A stretch of 33,315 nt of DNA from contig NC_068981.1 of NCBI RefSeq assembly GCF_001194135.2, forward strand, positions 111,870,646 to 111,903,960, given 5' to 3'. The notes beneath the pieces are model-generated. The model was not told where the DNA came from. It was given only the letters and a program-made list of their open reading frames with translations, and made no database searches. The stretch comes from Octopus bimaculoides. Lineage: Eukaryota. Shown piece after piece: positions 11,259 to 22,958 of this stretch (position 1 is the stretch's first letter; every line of letters starts with the position of its first letter). A program made the translations under genes and the position numbers.

Positions 11259-12485
11259 TGAAGATCAGCTGAAAAGTTCATAGGCTGACCAAGATACTCT
11301 CATGGAATGTGACCAAATGAGGTTTATTTTGCAACCCTTGTGGTTCACACACTTCCTCCATCGGTGTTGCAGTGCTTGGATCACCATTGGTGAAGAAGTT
11401 TTCATTCTGTTGGTCAACAATAGATATAATGTTGTCATCACTGCAATACTTTTTCCCAGCCAAGTGTTTTTCTTTTATGTTAGGGAAACAGATGATAGTC
11501 AAATGTGACCAAATTAGGAGAATAGGGAGGCTGATCAACTAGTTCAAAACCACAGTCATGCTCAGCAGCCATTGAAACTAGGGACTTGTGTGCTGGAGCG
11601 CTGCTCTGATGAAACAAGACCCCTTTCATCAGTTTTACTGAGTGTTTTGATAGCCTTTCATAATTGTCTCAGCAAGTTGGCAGAGTACTCTGCATTAATG
11701 GCATGGTCCTTTTGAAGATAGTCAATAAACACAATGCCTTTTGCATTCCAAAAAACTAAGGCCATCACCTTCCCTGCATATGAAATTAACTTGGCTTTCT
11801 TTGGAGCAGGTGAGGAGGAGCGTTTCCACTGTATTATCTCTTTGTCTCTGGCTCAAAATGAAGAACCCAACACTCATTCTGGGTTAGGTAATGTTCAAGG
11901 AAACCAATTGTATCTGCCTCAAACAGTGTCAGATTTTCCTGTAATGTGATCAGCCTGGTGCATTTTTGATCAGATGGCACCCACCAAGCAGAAACCTTTG
12001 ACATGAGAAGTTCATTGTGCAAAATATTCTCGACTCTCTCATGGGACATGCTAATGGTATTGGCTATTTGAATTATAATCAATTGCCTGTCATAACCATT
12101 ACCATGTGGTGAACATGAGGAATGTTTTCCTCAGTGGTGGCAGTTATCCAGATCTTGGGTCTCCTTCAAGACTCTCCCTTCCCCTCCTAAAATCATCTGC
12201 CCTCTTTTGCACCATTGTGCATCCTCTCCTAATGTCAGCATGAATGTCCTTGGGGGCTAAACCCTTTTTCTACAGTTACTTGATAACACCACAGTGCCAA
12301 ATTTTGTCTATTTTCAAGAGAAATCACTACTTTTGAAATCTATTTTGAACAGTTAGATGTCAGTTTATCTGGAAGGAAACAATGTAGTTACTAATAAGAA
12401 GATTTGAAATTAACGCATACACAATTTCACAGCTCTTGTATCACACCTTCATAATCTGCCTATGGAATTTTTCAGCCCACCCTTG
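11259..12485 (-). mobile_element. Decayed mariner transposon, ~1.23 kb, both TIRs present
   Basis: TA|tgaagatcagctgaaaagttcataggctga at left; reverse complement of right end TA|caagggtgggctgaaaaattccataggcaga. Minus-strand motifs SAWWVP, QNECWVLHFEPETK, QPPYSPNLVTFD, HLAGKKY.SD. Confidence 0.9.
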
Positions 12486-12699
12486 TAGTTATACATAAGT
12501 CTAAGCATGTAGATCCACACATCCATGCATACATACTTATGTGTGCAGAATGTTTAAATTTCTATGAAAGAGTCTTGTTTCTGAGATGAAAATCAGCTCT
12601 TTCTCTGTTGATGATAAATTTTATAAATAAAATCAGAACAATGTACATACGTGGGAAATTCTCTTCACAGTTGTTGCAAAACAATTGAATAGATAATAG

Positions 12700-15600
12700 A
12701 TAGGTACATAGGTAATACAGACACACAAGCACACAAAGACACATGGAGACACATTCATACACAACAGACATACGTACATTATCACACAAACCCATACGCA
12801 TAGACACTCGAACATGCACATACAAGGAGACAGAGGTACACACACATACAAACACACGAATATGGAGAATACATACATACACAAACATACATATATGCAC
12901 ACGCACACACATTTGCACAAACAGACAAAAAACAACGCAGCTCCAATAACAGACAGAGTCAACATCCATTGAAAAGGTTGCAAAAGCAACAAAAATTTTG
13001 GAAGGAAAAATATAAATGATAAATGAGTGGAAATCAAACTGGCGAGTGTGTTAGATAATAAGGCATTAAGACAATATGACTCTCCCCAGACAAAATAATT
13101 TGCTTCAACACAAGTTCACATGAAGAATCTTGCAAACCAGATACAAAAATGAAGTAGAATAAGCTCTGGCCGAGCTAGCAAGATGCTGAAAGGCTCTGTG
13201 TTCTGCTGTCTAAAAATCAAAATAATTCCTGCAAACTATACATGAAATCTGTTAATTTGACTCAAGCGGCTAGGACTCCCAGAACACCAAGCTAGAAAAC
13301 TAAATCACGATGTTACAAAGCATTATCATCATCGTTTAACGTCCGCTTTCCATGCTAGCATGGGTTGGACGATTTGACTGAGGACTGGTGAACCAGATGG
13401 CTACACCAAGCTCCAATCTGATTTGGCAGAGTTTCTACAGCTGGATGCCCTTCCTAACGCCAACCACTCAGAGAGTGTAGTGGGCGCTTTTATGTGCCAC
13501 CGGCACGAAGGCCAGTCAGTACTGGCAACGGCCACGCTCGAAATGGTGTATTTCGAGCAGGGCCATCTACCTGAAGGGGTCTGTGTTTTGTCTACCTTCG
13601 TACTTATTAGAACTTTGGTTTTAGTTAAGTTGACCCTAAGGCCCTTCGATTTTAGTCCCTGCTTTCACACCTGAAACTTATCGTCTAGTTCTGATAGTAA
13701 TTCAGCAATTAGTGCAAGGTCATCAGCATAGATGAGCTCCCAGGGGCATCCTGTCTTGAATTCCTCTGTTATCTCCTGGAGGACTATGATAAATAGGAGG
13801 GGGCTGAGGACTGAACCTTGGTGGACCCCTACCTCTACCCGGAATTCTTCACTGTACTCATTGCCAACCCTCACCTTACTGGCAGTGTCTCTGTACATGG
13901 CTCGCATAGCTCTCACTAACCATTCTTCTATCCCTGCACAGGAACCAGTCCAGCAGTACTGGCAACGTTGGTAACGCTCACGCTCAAATGGTGCTATTTA
14001 CGTGCCACTGGCACGAAAGCCAGACAGCTGGTGCTCTGGCAATGATCACCCTTGGACGGTGCTCTTAGTGATTTACTGGTACTGGTGCCATAACGATTTC
14101 GCTTTCGCTTGCCCCAACAGGTCTTTGCAAGCCGAGTTTAGTGTTCAATGAAGAAGTTGGCATAGGTGCCAGTCTACAAATTTAGTTCGATTTCGATTTC
14201 ACTTGCCTCAACAGGTCTTCGTAAGCGGAGTTTAGTGTCCAAAGAAGGAATGTTACCCATAAGTGGGCTGGCTACATCCCTGGCAGAGGCCTTGGATTTT
14301 GGTCTCACACAGCATATTTCCAAAGGTCTCAGTCAGAAGTCATTGCCTCGGTGAGGCCTAAAGTTCGGAGGTCGTGCTTCACCACCTCATCCCAGGTCTT
14401 CCTGGACCTGCCTCTTCCACGGGTTCCCTCAACCACTAGGGTGTGGCACTTTTTCACAGCTATCCTCATCCATTCTCACCACATGTCCATACCAGCGTAA
14501 TCCTCTCTCTTGCACACCACAACTGATGCGTCTTAGGTTCAACTTTTCTCTCAAGATACTTACACTCTGTCGGGAATGCACACTGACATTACTCATCCAT
14601 CGGAGCATACTGGCTTCATTCCTTGCAAGCTTAAGCATGTCCTCAGCAGTCAAGGCTCATGTTTTACTGCCATGTAGTATGGCTGTTCGTACACATGCGC
14701 CATACAGTCTGCCTTTTCCTCTGAGCGAGAGGCCCTTTGTCGCCAGCTGAAGTAAGAGCTCTGTGAACTTTGCCCAGGCTATTCTTATTCTAGCAGCTAC
14801 AGTTTCAGTGCACCCACCCCCACTACTAACTTTGTCACCCAGATAGCAGAAGCAATCAACTACCTCTAGTTTTTCTCCCTGGAATGAGACAGAAGTTGTT
14901 TTCTGCATATTTTCAGTGTTTATTGCACCTGAACATCTGCCACATACAAAAACTAAGTTCCTAGTTAACCTGCTTTTGATATTGCTGCACCTCTTATGTG
15001 TCCATAGCTTGCACTCGGTACATCTTATAGAGTTTCTACTTACACCTTTTCTACAGATCGAGCAGGGCCATCTACCTGAAGGGATCTGTGTTTTGTCTAC
15101 CTTCGTACCTATTAGAACTTTGGTTTTAGCTAAGTTGACCCTAAGGCCGTTCGATTCTATTCCCTGCTTCCACACCTGAAACTTCTCGTCTTGTTCTGAT
15201 AGTAATTGAGCAATTAGTGCAAGGTCATCAGCATAGAGGAGCTCCCAGGGGCATCCTGTCTTGAATTCCTCTGTTATCGCCTGGAGGACTATGATAAATA
15301 GGAGGGGGCTGAGGACAGAACCTTGGTGGACCCCTACCTCTACCCGGAATTCTTCACTGTACTCATTGCCAACCCTCACCTTACTGGCAGCGTCTCTGTA
15401 CATGGCTCGCACAGCTCTCACTAACCATTCTTCTATCCCTAGTTTCCTCATTGACCACCAGATAAGGGATTGGGGGACCCTGTCAAAGGCTTTCTCCATG
15501 TCAACGAAAGCCAGGTACAGAGGTTTATCCTTGGCTAGGTATTTCTCCTGCAGCTGTCTTACCAGAAATATAGAATCAGTGGTGCTTTTCCCTGGCACGA

Positions 15601-17836
15601 ACCCAAACTGCATCTCATCTAAACTAACTCTCTCCCTAATTAGTTGGGCTATGACCCTCTCCATGACTTTCATAACCTGATCCAACAACTTGATACCTCT
15701 GTAATTTGTATCTAAAGCCTCACTTTTACCCTTGTAGCAGTTGACTATGGTGCTGCTACACCAGTCATTCGTGTATCACCTTGTTAACAATATGGGTGAC
15801 TAGGCTATAGCTGACACTGCCAGATATTTTGAGCATCTCTGCAGTGATTCCTGATGTGCCGGGGGCTTTCCCTGTCTTCATACTCATAATTGCTTTATCT
15901 ACCATGGAACTGTCAAGTCGGATAGCTGGTCCCTCTGTTGGGCCGACATTTGGCAGACTCTCTTTCTCCCATTCATTCTCTTTATTGAGCGATCTTTCAT
16001 AGTGGCAGCAAAGAAAATATACCAGAAATGAAAGAAAGTGTTACTGCATGAACTGAAAAACACTACTACACCACATGAAAGAGACAGATTCATGACATTC
16101 ATCCAACAAGAATGCTGCCAAGTAAACCATGCCTGTAACAAACACTTTTACAACTAACTCAAGTGGATGAAACAGCAACAACAACAATCTCAGCCTGGTA
16201 AAAATAAACACCGGTACCCAAACAAAATTGATGGGATAGTCATATCGGAATGTAAACTACCAGAAGACTTTGACACCAGTGCATCGAAAACAATGCCACC
16301 ATCAACAGCAACAATTACACCTCTGGAATATGCAACACAGTACAAAAATTTGCTACATATAAGGTCAGAAAAATTGATTGTTTGCATTTGAAAAAACATT
16401 CTTAAAAATAAGATGGAGATTAGGACAATACAACAACATACATATGAAACCAAAACAACAACAACAATAGTGACAATAACTGCAACATACCCCACACAAA
16501 CAACTATAACAACAACAATGGCAACCACAACACCCCACATACAAACAACAATACCAGCCACACTGCCACCAGCACCACCTTCAACACCATCAACAGTAAT
16601 AACAACATTGATGATGAACACAACACCAGCAGCAACAACAATGCTGGCACCAATAACAACAACTACAACAGTAGTAACACCAGTAGCACCCTAGTCTCTG
16701 TCTTCTGTAACCCTGATGATAAATCATATGACATGATGAGGATCTACCTGACAGACTTACCCTTCATCAAAAGGGTATGTATTTCACCACAGACTGACAG
16801 TGAGACAAAGGCAAAGATTTCTTTAGCTAGAAATAGACTCTGACATATCTTAGACCGATATAACAAAGCCACTGAAAAATATACAGTTGCCAAACGCCTA
16901 CAAAAGAGCCACTAGAAAACAACAGTTGCCAAAGACCTACAAAAACTGAAACAGTAAATTAGGAACAGGGAATTAGTGTGCCTCCCTATGGACAAGTCTG
17001 GCAGACTATCAATTGCTCACAGAACTATGTCCAGGCTATGCAACAACATATCAGTATCATGAGAGGGGTCACACCGCAGGAATGTGAAAAAGTAGAAAAA
17101 CTTCTCAATGCACACATGGGAATGTGGTGTAATATACTCCAACCCAGGAAATGGACTGCACACAAAATTTCCAAGCATTCAACAATTATGTTTCTACGCT
17201 GTATGGGTTACAAATTGACCATAAACTCTGTTATGGAACCCCCAACCCGGCCAGTTTGCAGAGCAAATATCTCCAGCAATTATAGGTTATCCTACTTCCT
17301 CTCACAGGTGTTGCAACCACTCATTGAAATGTCCCCAGATGTCTGTATGAGCATGGATTTCCACCTAAGTTGTATCAGTAGTTGTAACCACTCTAATGAG
17401 CTCACAAGCTGTGTAGTGGGTAGTAGTATGGATGTGTTTTCACTCTACCCATCTATAGACATAGATTTTGCCGTGGAAAAATGCATTGAGATTATCTGTG
17501 AGAGTGAAGTCAACATGAGGGAACTAAGCTTCCTCCTAACACTAAACTATGACCAAAACTACTTGGACAAACATAACCTAATTTGATTTTGCTCCACCTG
17601 GTCACAAAGCGGAAGACCACCCACCATCAACTCGGCAGTGAAGAAAAGCACCACAGAATGCTGGAGTGGCTAGACTTTGCCCACCACAATCGAGTGAAAA
17701 AAAATGAGTGTACATGCTATAGGAGCTAGTGTAAGAACTACCTTGAAGAAAAAGTATAAATAATAAATGAGTGGAAATCGAACCAGTGAGTGTGTTAGAT
17801 AATAAGGTATTAAGACAATATGACTCTCCCCAGACA
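12700..17836 (+). mobile_element. Penelope-like retroelement remnant (N-terminus to mid-RT), split by an RTE insertion at 13321-16008
   Basis: RT motifs LPMDKSG (~16985), PPTRPVC..SSNYRLSYFLSQVLQP and SMDVFSLYPSID (16978-17586). The N-terminal frame continues across the RTE junction (HQARKLNHDVTK|KIYQK). 92-bp direct repeats at 13001-13092 and 17745-17836. Left boundary approximate. Confidence 0.75.
13321..16008 (-). mobile_element. 5'-truncated RTE LINE (subfamily A) with tail and candidate 5-bp TSD
   Basis: 343-aa ORF 14657-15688 with QFGFVPG, LAFVDMEKAFDRVP, GVHQGSVLSPLLF, LLYADDL. KAPGTSGITAE upstream. (CAT)n tail at 13321-13333. CAAAG at 13316-13320 and 16009-16013. Confidence 0.95.
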
Positions 17837-17859
17837 CAACTGAATATAAATGCACTTGA

Positions 17860-19400
17860 GAAAAAGCCTAATAACCTGATACTGGTAGAGGAAGCACAGT
17901 CTATAATAAATTTTTCATCAAGCTGTCAAAAAGAAAATTGTGTTGACCATAATGTGTGAGACTAGCTGGTAGTTGCACAGACAATGCTCCTGTCTGAGAA
18001 CTAGGAGACACATGGAAAGCAATTACAGATCCACAACATGCTTAAATGTTATTTACTAATTGTACACAGGTTACTTTAATGTATTTCTCCAAGATCAATA
18101 CAAAATGCACAGTGTGTTGACTGATAAGCACATTGGAGAGAAAATGGGATATGGGGCTATGCGGAACTGCTCATCATCAACAAAGCTAAGCTGAAAAAAA
18201 CAAAGCAATATCACTGAAATATATTGACGGGATGGTTAAGACAGATTTTTTGTCTCTGACCCTGACTTATAGGCATTAAAGTTGCTGTGCTTTGTCAAGA
18301 TTCCATCTTCTTTAGTCAATGCAGTTAAAAGACTGACGAAAAAATGGTCCACACAAGCATCTCTTAAGAACTGAAGTAGCTATTATAGTCACAAGCAGAA
18401 GTAGACTGTCAAAGGGAATTCAAGGAGGGCAGTTTATGTATATTGCTGTATTTTCTGGAGGTGAACTGTTGTCAACTCTGTTGAGGAAATGCCTTGGTTA
18501 TATGTTAGGATCTGCAGAAGAGAGAAAACTAATGTGACCCAAACCATTTTTGTCAATGGCCTAAAACTATATTCAGGTAATGTTCACATCAAGAGACTAT
18601 AAGAACTGATCTCAACTTTCTCAAGAATCATAGAAATAGAGTTTGCTCAGGAAAAGTGTTCATATTTAGTAGTCAATTGAGGAAAGTTTGTTAACCTGTG
18701 AAGGACTATTGATATCAATAGAGGCCTGCATTGCTTAAGGTTGGCCATTCATCCACATTTGTATGTGAAGATCTGGGTAAAGTATTTTTAGGAAGACCGG
18801 CAATGGCCCATTTTCTCTCCATGTTAGTGATATTATCGAAGAGAAAGGTTGCTGGCTTGAGCTGATTCAGTTTGGCACCCATTTTGTCGCAAGAATTGCT
18901 GTCGGAATGGAAAGAGCCAAAACAGATACTGCAATTCATCTCCTTGGATTGGTACTTTTTCTCAACCTTGAAAAGATAAATGGCAAAGTTGATCCCAGTA
19001 AGAGTTGGACTTGATGTACAGGGAGTTGGAACAGATACTATGAAGCTTTCTATCCAATGCTTTAATAACTCTACTAATTCACTGCCCATCTGTCTACTCT
19101 ATCTCCAGTGACAAATGTTTCAAATTTCTTGGAATTGATGAAAATGTTCCACACAGTAGAGCTGGGAATAAAAGTTAGGGACCAAAGAATTCTTCAACAG
19201 ACTTAAGAAAGTTTGAAGTTAGAGTTGTTTGTATCTTGAGAGTAAGTGTAGAACTGCTGAATAAGTATTCTGAGTATACAAATTTATTATGAGACTCAGG
19301 GTATGATGGACTGACCTACATGAAGAGAACCGATCATATCATCAGAAACTTACAACTCTTATATCTTGGTTGTACATTCTCATTTATACCAATTATTATA
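17860..19400 (+). mobile_element. Heavily decayed R4/Dong-like (RLE-type) non-LTR retrotransposon RT remnant
   Basis: NYRSTTCLNVIY*LYT (18021; cf. NYRPITCL), GYAELLIINKA (~18160), FVNGLKLYS (cf. FMDDLKLY), EIEFAQEKCSYL..GK (~18640), FKFLGIDE (~19120). Many stops and frameshifts. Clade call is from motif recall. Confidence 0.65.
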
Positions 19401-19749
19401 GATGCACTGATGTAGATAATAAAATTTACATAAAAACCTGGAAATGCTGGATTTACCTAGAAAGGACAAAAAAGCAAACTAGCTCAAATTCTCCAAATAA
19501 AGATATGTGTAAAATATTTTAAAGTTACTGCATTTGACAGTTCTATATTTAAGAGATGATGAATTATGTACATTATTTACATTTGATGGATATTTGTCCT
19601 CATCTTGTTTGTTGTTGTATACAAGTTATTCAATTTTAATTTTTATCACACAGTCACTTATCTCTATAATTCCGTCTTAGATTAGCTGACCGAAAACTCT
19701 TATTTCTCAATTCTATATTTCTACCATTCAATATTTACTATCTCTATGC

Positions 19750-22700
19750 GACAGAAATCCCAAAAGAATTCTCTCTCTATCTCCCTTGTGCTCTGGCCTA
19801 ACCCTCTCTGCTTTACTCTGTCTCTCTCGATCCCACTCTCTCTCTCTTCTCCCTCTTTCAATACCCCTTGCTTCGCCAGGACTATAAACTAGCGCACGCA
19901 TCCCAATTCCCTACTTGACTTAAATACCTTTGCAGCACTATGGCATGGCAGTGGTGCACCCGCCTTCCCACCCCCTCCACCAGTACCAGAAGTTCCTATC
20001 TTCTCCACCAGTACCGGAAGTTCCTATCTTCTCCACCAGTACCGGAAGTTCCTATCTTCTCCACCAGTACCGGAAGTTCCTGGCTGTCTTCCATGAACAC
20101 TTCTAAAGGCTTCACACCACCCCCACCACTACTTAGGATTTATCTCCTCCTATGTAAGGTAGTGATCATATGGTGCAAAATATGATAGTGTAGTAGACGC
20201 AGGTTGAGATGAATACTACTGATTGTTTATGAATTCTGCAAAATGCGAGCTTTCTTTTCAGGTACATGACGCTGCTGTTCCCCACCCCAGGGTCTTACGG
20301 GCCCATACCTCCCACTCCCTCAGGGTTGGCACTCTCAATGTCGATACTCTGAAAGGTAGATCTGGTGAGATTGTTGGGATGCTTGAATGGAGATGTGTCA
20401 ATATCTGCTGCCTCCAAGAAGTAAAGTGGAGAGGAGGTTCCGCTAGGTTCCTCACAGGCAAAGAACACAGGTACAAGATTTTCTGGGTAGGGAACACAGA
20501 TGGGGTCGAGGGCATGGGTATACTTCTTGCTGAGAACTGAGTGGATAAGGTAATCGAGGTAGCCAGAGTATGCGATAGAATACTTAAGATTAGATTAGTT
20601 CTTCACCATGGGTTAGAAACCATTATTTCGGCCTTTGCCCCACAGCCCGGGCTACATGATGGACAAAAAGACCGATTTTATGACACCCTCTTGCAGACTA
20701 CCTCGTTGACGAATGACAGGGACCTTCTCTTTGTGGCTGGTGACTTCAATGGTCATGTTGGAAAACATTCAGGGGGCTTCCATGGCATACTTCGAGGCGA
20801 TGGTTTTGGTTCCTGCAATGAGGAGGGAACCAGGCTGCTGGAGTTCTGTGATGCAAATGACCTTATGGTTTGCAATACTAACTTCAGGAAACCTGCCAGT
20901 CACCTAGTCACCTACCGTTCTGGCAGACACACTAGCCAAATTGACTATATCCTCGCCAGGAAAGTGGAAAGATGGCTGCTTATAAATGCCAAAACCTTTC
21001 CAGGCGAAGATTGTACCCCACAACATAGACTAGTAGTTAGTGACTTCAGGATCAGGGCTAAGTGGTTGCCCAGAAGACGACCAGCATGGAGGAGAAGGGT
21101 CTGGAAGCTCAAAGATCCTGTGAATGGACAGAGATTTAGGGACTTATTACTCGAAGCCTTTGATGACATTGAAGGGGATATAGCTTCACACGATGTAGAA
21201 GACAACTGGAGGTTTCTACGGGACAACCTGCTGAACGCCACTGACCAGATCTGTGGATGGTGCAAAGTCCCCTCTCGNNNNNNNNNNCTGCTGAACGCCA
21301 CTGACCAGATCTGTGGATGGTGCAAAGTCCCCTCTCGACCCAAAATAACATGGTGGTGGAACAATGTTGTTGACAGGGCTATTAGACAAAAGAAACAAGC
21401 TTGGAGGGACTGGAAGAATGGTGGTAGCAGGGAATTGCATCAGACTGCCAGAAGGGAAGCTAGGCGACAGGTTTATTTAGCCAGAGGGGAAGCAGATAAG
21501 AAAAAATTTGCCAATGTTCTGCGCCGTGAGGACCAAAGACTTGAAGTATTTCGTGTTGCAAGACATGATGTTGTGGGAGAGAAATGTGTTCGCATGAATG
21601 ATGATACACTTGCACTAAATAAAGCTGCAAAGAAAGAGGTTTGGAAATGCCACTACAAAAGATTGCTCAATAATGAGAATGAATGGGAGAAAGAGAGTCT
21701 GCTGAATGTTGACCCAACAGAGGGATGCTATAATTTCTGGTAAGACAGCTGCAGGAGAAATACCTAGCCAAAGATAAACCTCTGTACCTGGCTTTCGTTG
21801 ACATGGAGAAAGCCTTTGACAGGGTCCCCCGATCCCTTATCTGGTGGTCAATGAGGAAACTAAAAATAGAAGAATGGTTAGTGAGAGTTGTGCGAGCCAT
21901 GTACAGAGACGCTGCCAGTAAGGTGAGGGTTGGCAACAAGTACAGTGAAGAATTCCGGGTAGAGGTAGGGGTCCACCAAGGTTCTGTCCTCAGCCCCCTC
22001 CTATTTATCATAGTCCTCCAGGCGATAACAGAAGAATTCAAGACAGGATGCACCTGGGAGCAACATTGTGCTGATGACCTTGCACTAATTGCTGAGTCAC
22101 TATCAGAACTAGAAGAGAAGTTTTAGGTGTGAAAGCAAGGACTAGAATCAAAGGGCCTGAGAGTCAACCTAGCTAAAACCAAAGTCCTAATAAGTAGGAA
22201 GGTAGACAAAACACAAACCCCTTCAGGTAGATGGCCCTGCTCAATCTGTAAAAAAGGCGTAGGTAGAAACTCTATAAGATGTACCGAGTGCAAGCTATGG
22301 ACACATAAGAGGTGCAGCAATATCAAAGGAAGGTTAACTAGGAACTTAGTTTTTGTATGTGGCAGATGTTCAGGTGCAATAAACATTGAAAATGTACAGA
22401 AAACAACTTCTGTCTCATTCCAGGGTGAAAAACTAGACGTAGTTGATAGCTTCTGCTATCTGGGTGACCAAGTTAGTAGTGGGGGAGGGTGCACTGAAAG
22501 TGTAGCTGCTAGAATAAGAATAGCCTGGGCAAAGTTCAGAGAGCTCTTACCTCTACTGGTGACAAAGGGCCTCTCGCTCAGAGTAAAGGCAGACTGTATG
22601 ATGCATGTGTACGAACAGCCATGCTACATGGCAGTGAAACATGGGCCGTGACTGCTGAGGACATGCATAAGCTCGCAAGGAATGAAACCAGTATGCTCTG

Positions 22701-22958
22701 ATGAATATGTAATGTCAGTGTGCATACTCGACAGAGTGTAAGTATCTTGAGAAAAAAGTTGAACCTAAGAAGCATCAGTTGTGGTGTGCAAGAGAGACGA
22801 CTACACTGATATGGTCATGTGGCGAGAATGGATGAGGATAGCTGTGTGAAAATGTGCCACATCCTAGCGGTTGAGGGAACCTGTGGAAGAGGCAGGCCCA
22901 GGAAGACCTGGAAGGAGGTGGTGAAGCACGACCTCCGAACATTAGGCCTCACCGAGGC
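19750..22958 (+). mobile_element. Near-full-length RTE LINE (subfamily A): AP endonuclease + RT, internally deleted and lacking its 3' UTR
   Basis: APE motifs VGTLNV, CCLQEVKW, AGDFNGHVG, SQIDYIL, QHRLVV (20223-21743; stop at 20538). RT 21730-22958 with YADD mutated to HCADD. About 350 bp is missing at ~21725 relative to the 13321-16008 copy. Similarity to 32380-32400 ends at 22958. 5' boundary approximate. Confidence 0.92.
19975..20081 (+). repeat. 28-bp tandem repeat, about 3.8 copies
   Basis: Unit ctccaccagtaccggaagttcctatctt starts at 19975, 20003, 20031 and 20059, with one substitution in copy 1. Confidence 0.95.

Noticed and set aside
12605-12650. ttgatga-taa-attttat-aa-ataaaat-cagaac as a second hammerhead near the PLE 5' end
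   Set aside because: The core has T instead of C, there is no GAAA, and stems I/III cannot be formed. An AT-rich hairpin is expected by chance.
16865-16950. Two-copy ~40-bp duplication (gccact..acagttgccaaa..cctacaaaa) in the PLE
   Set aside because: An ordinary local slippage duplication in a dead element.
19975-20081. 28-bp repeats as a CRISPR-like array
   Set aside because: The units are contiguous with no spacers, the context is eukaryotic and there are no cas genes.
21228-21337. Exact 50-bp direct repeat on both sides of a 10-N gap in the RTE ORF
   Set aside because: An identical duplication flanking a placeholder gap is the signature of unmerged contig overlap, not biology.
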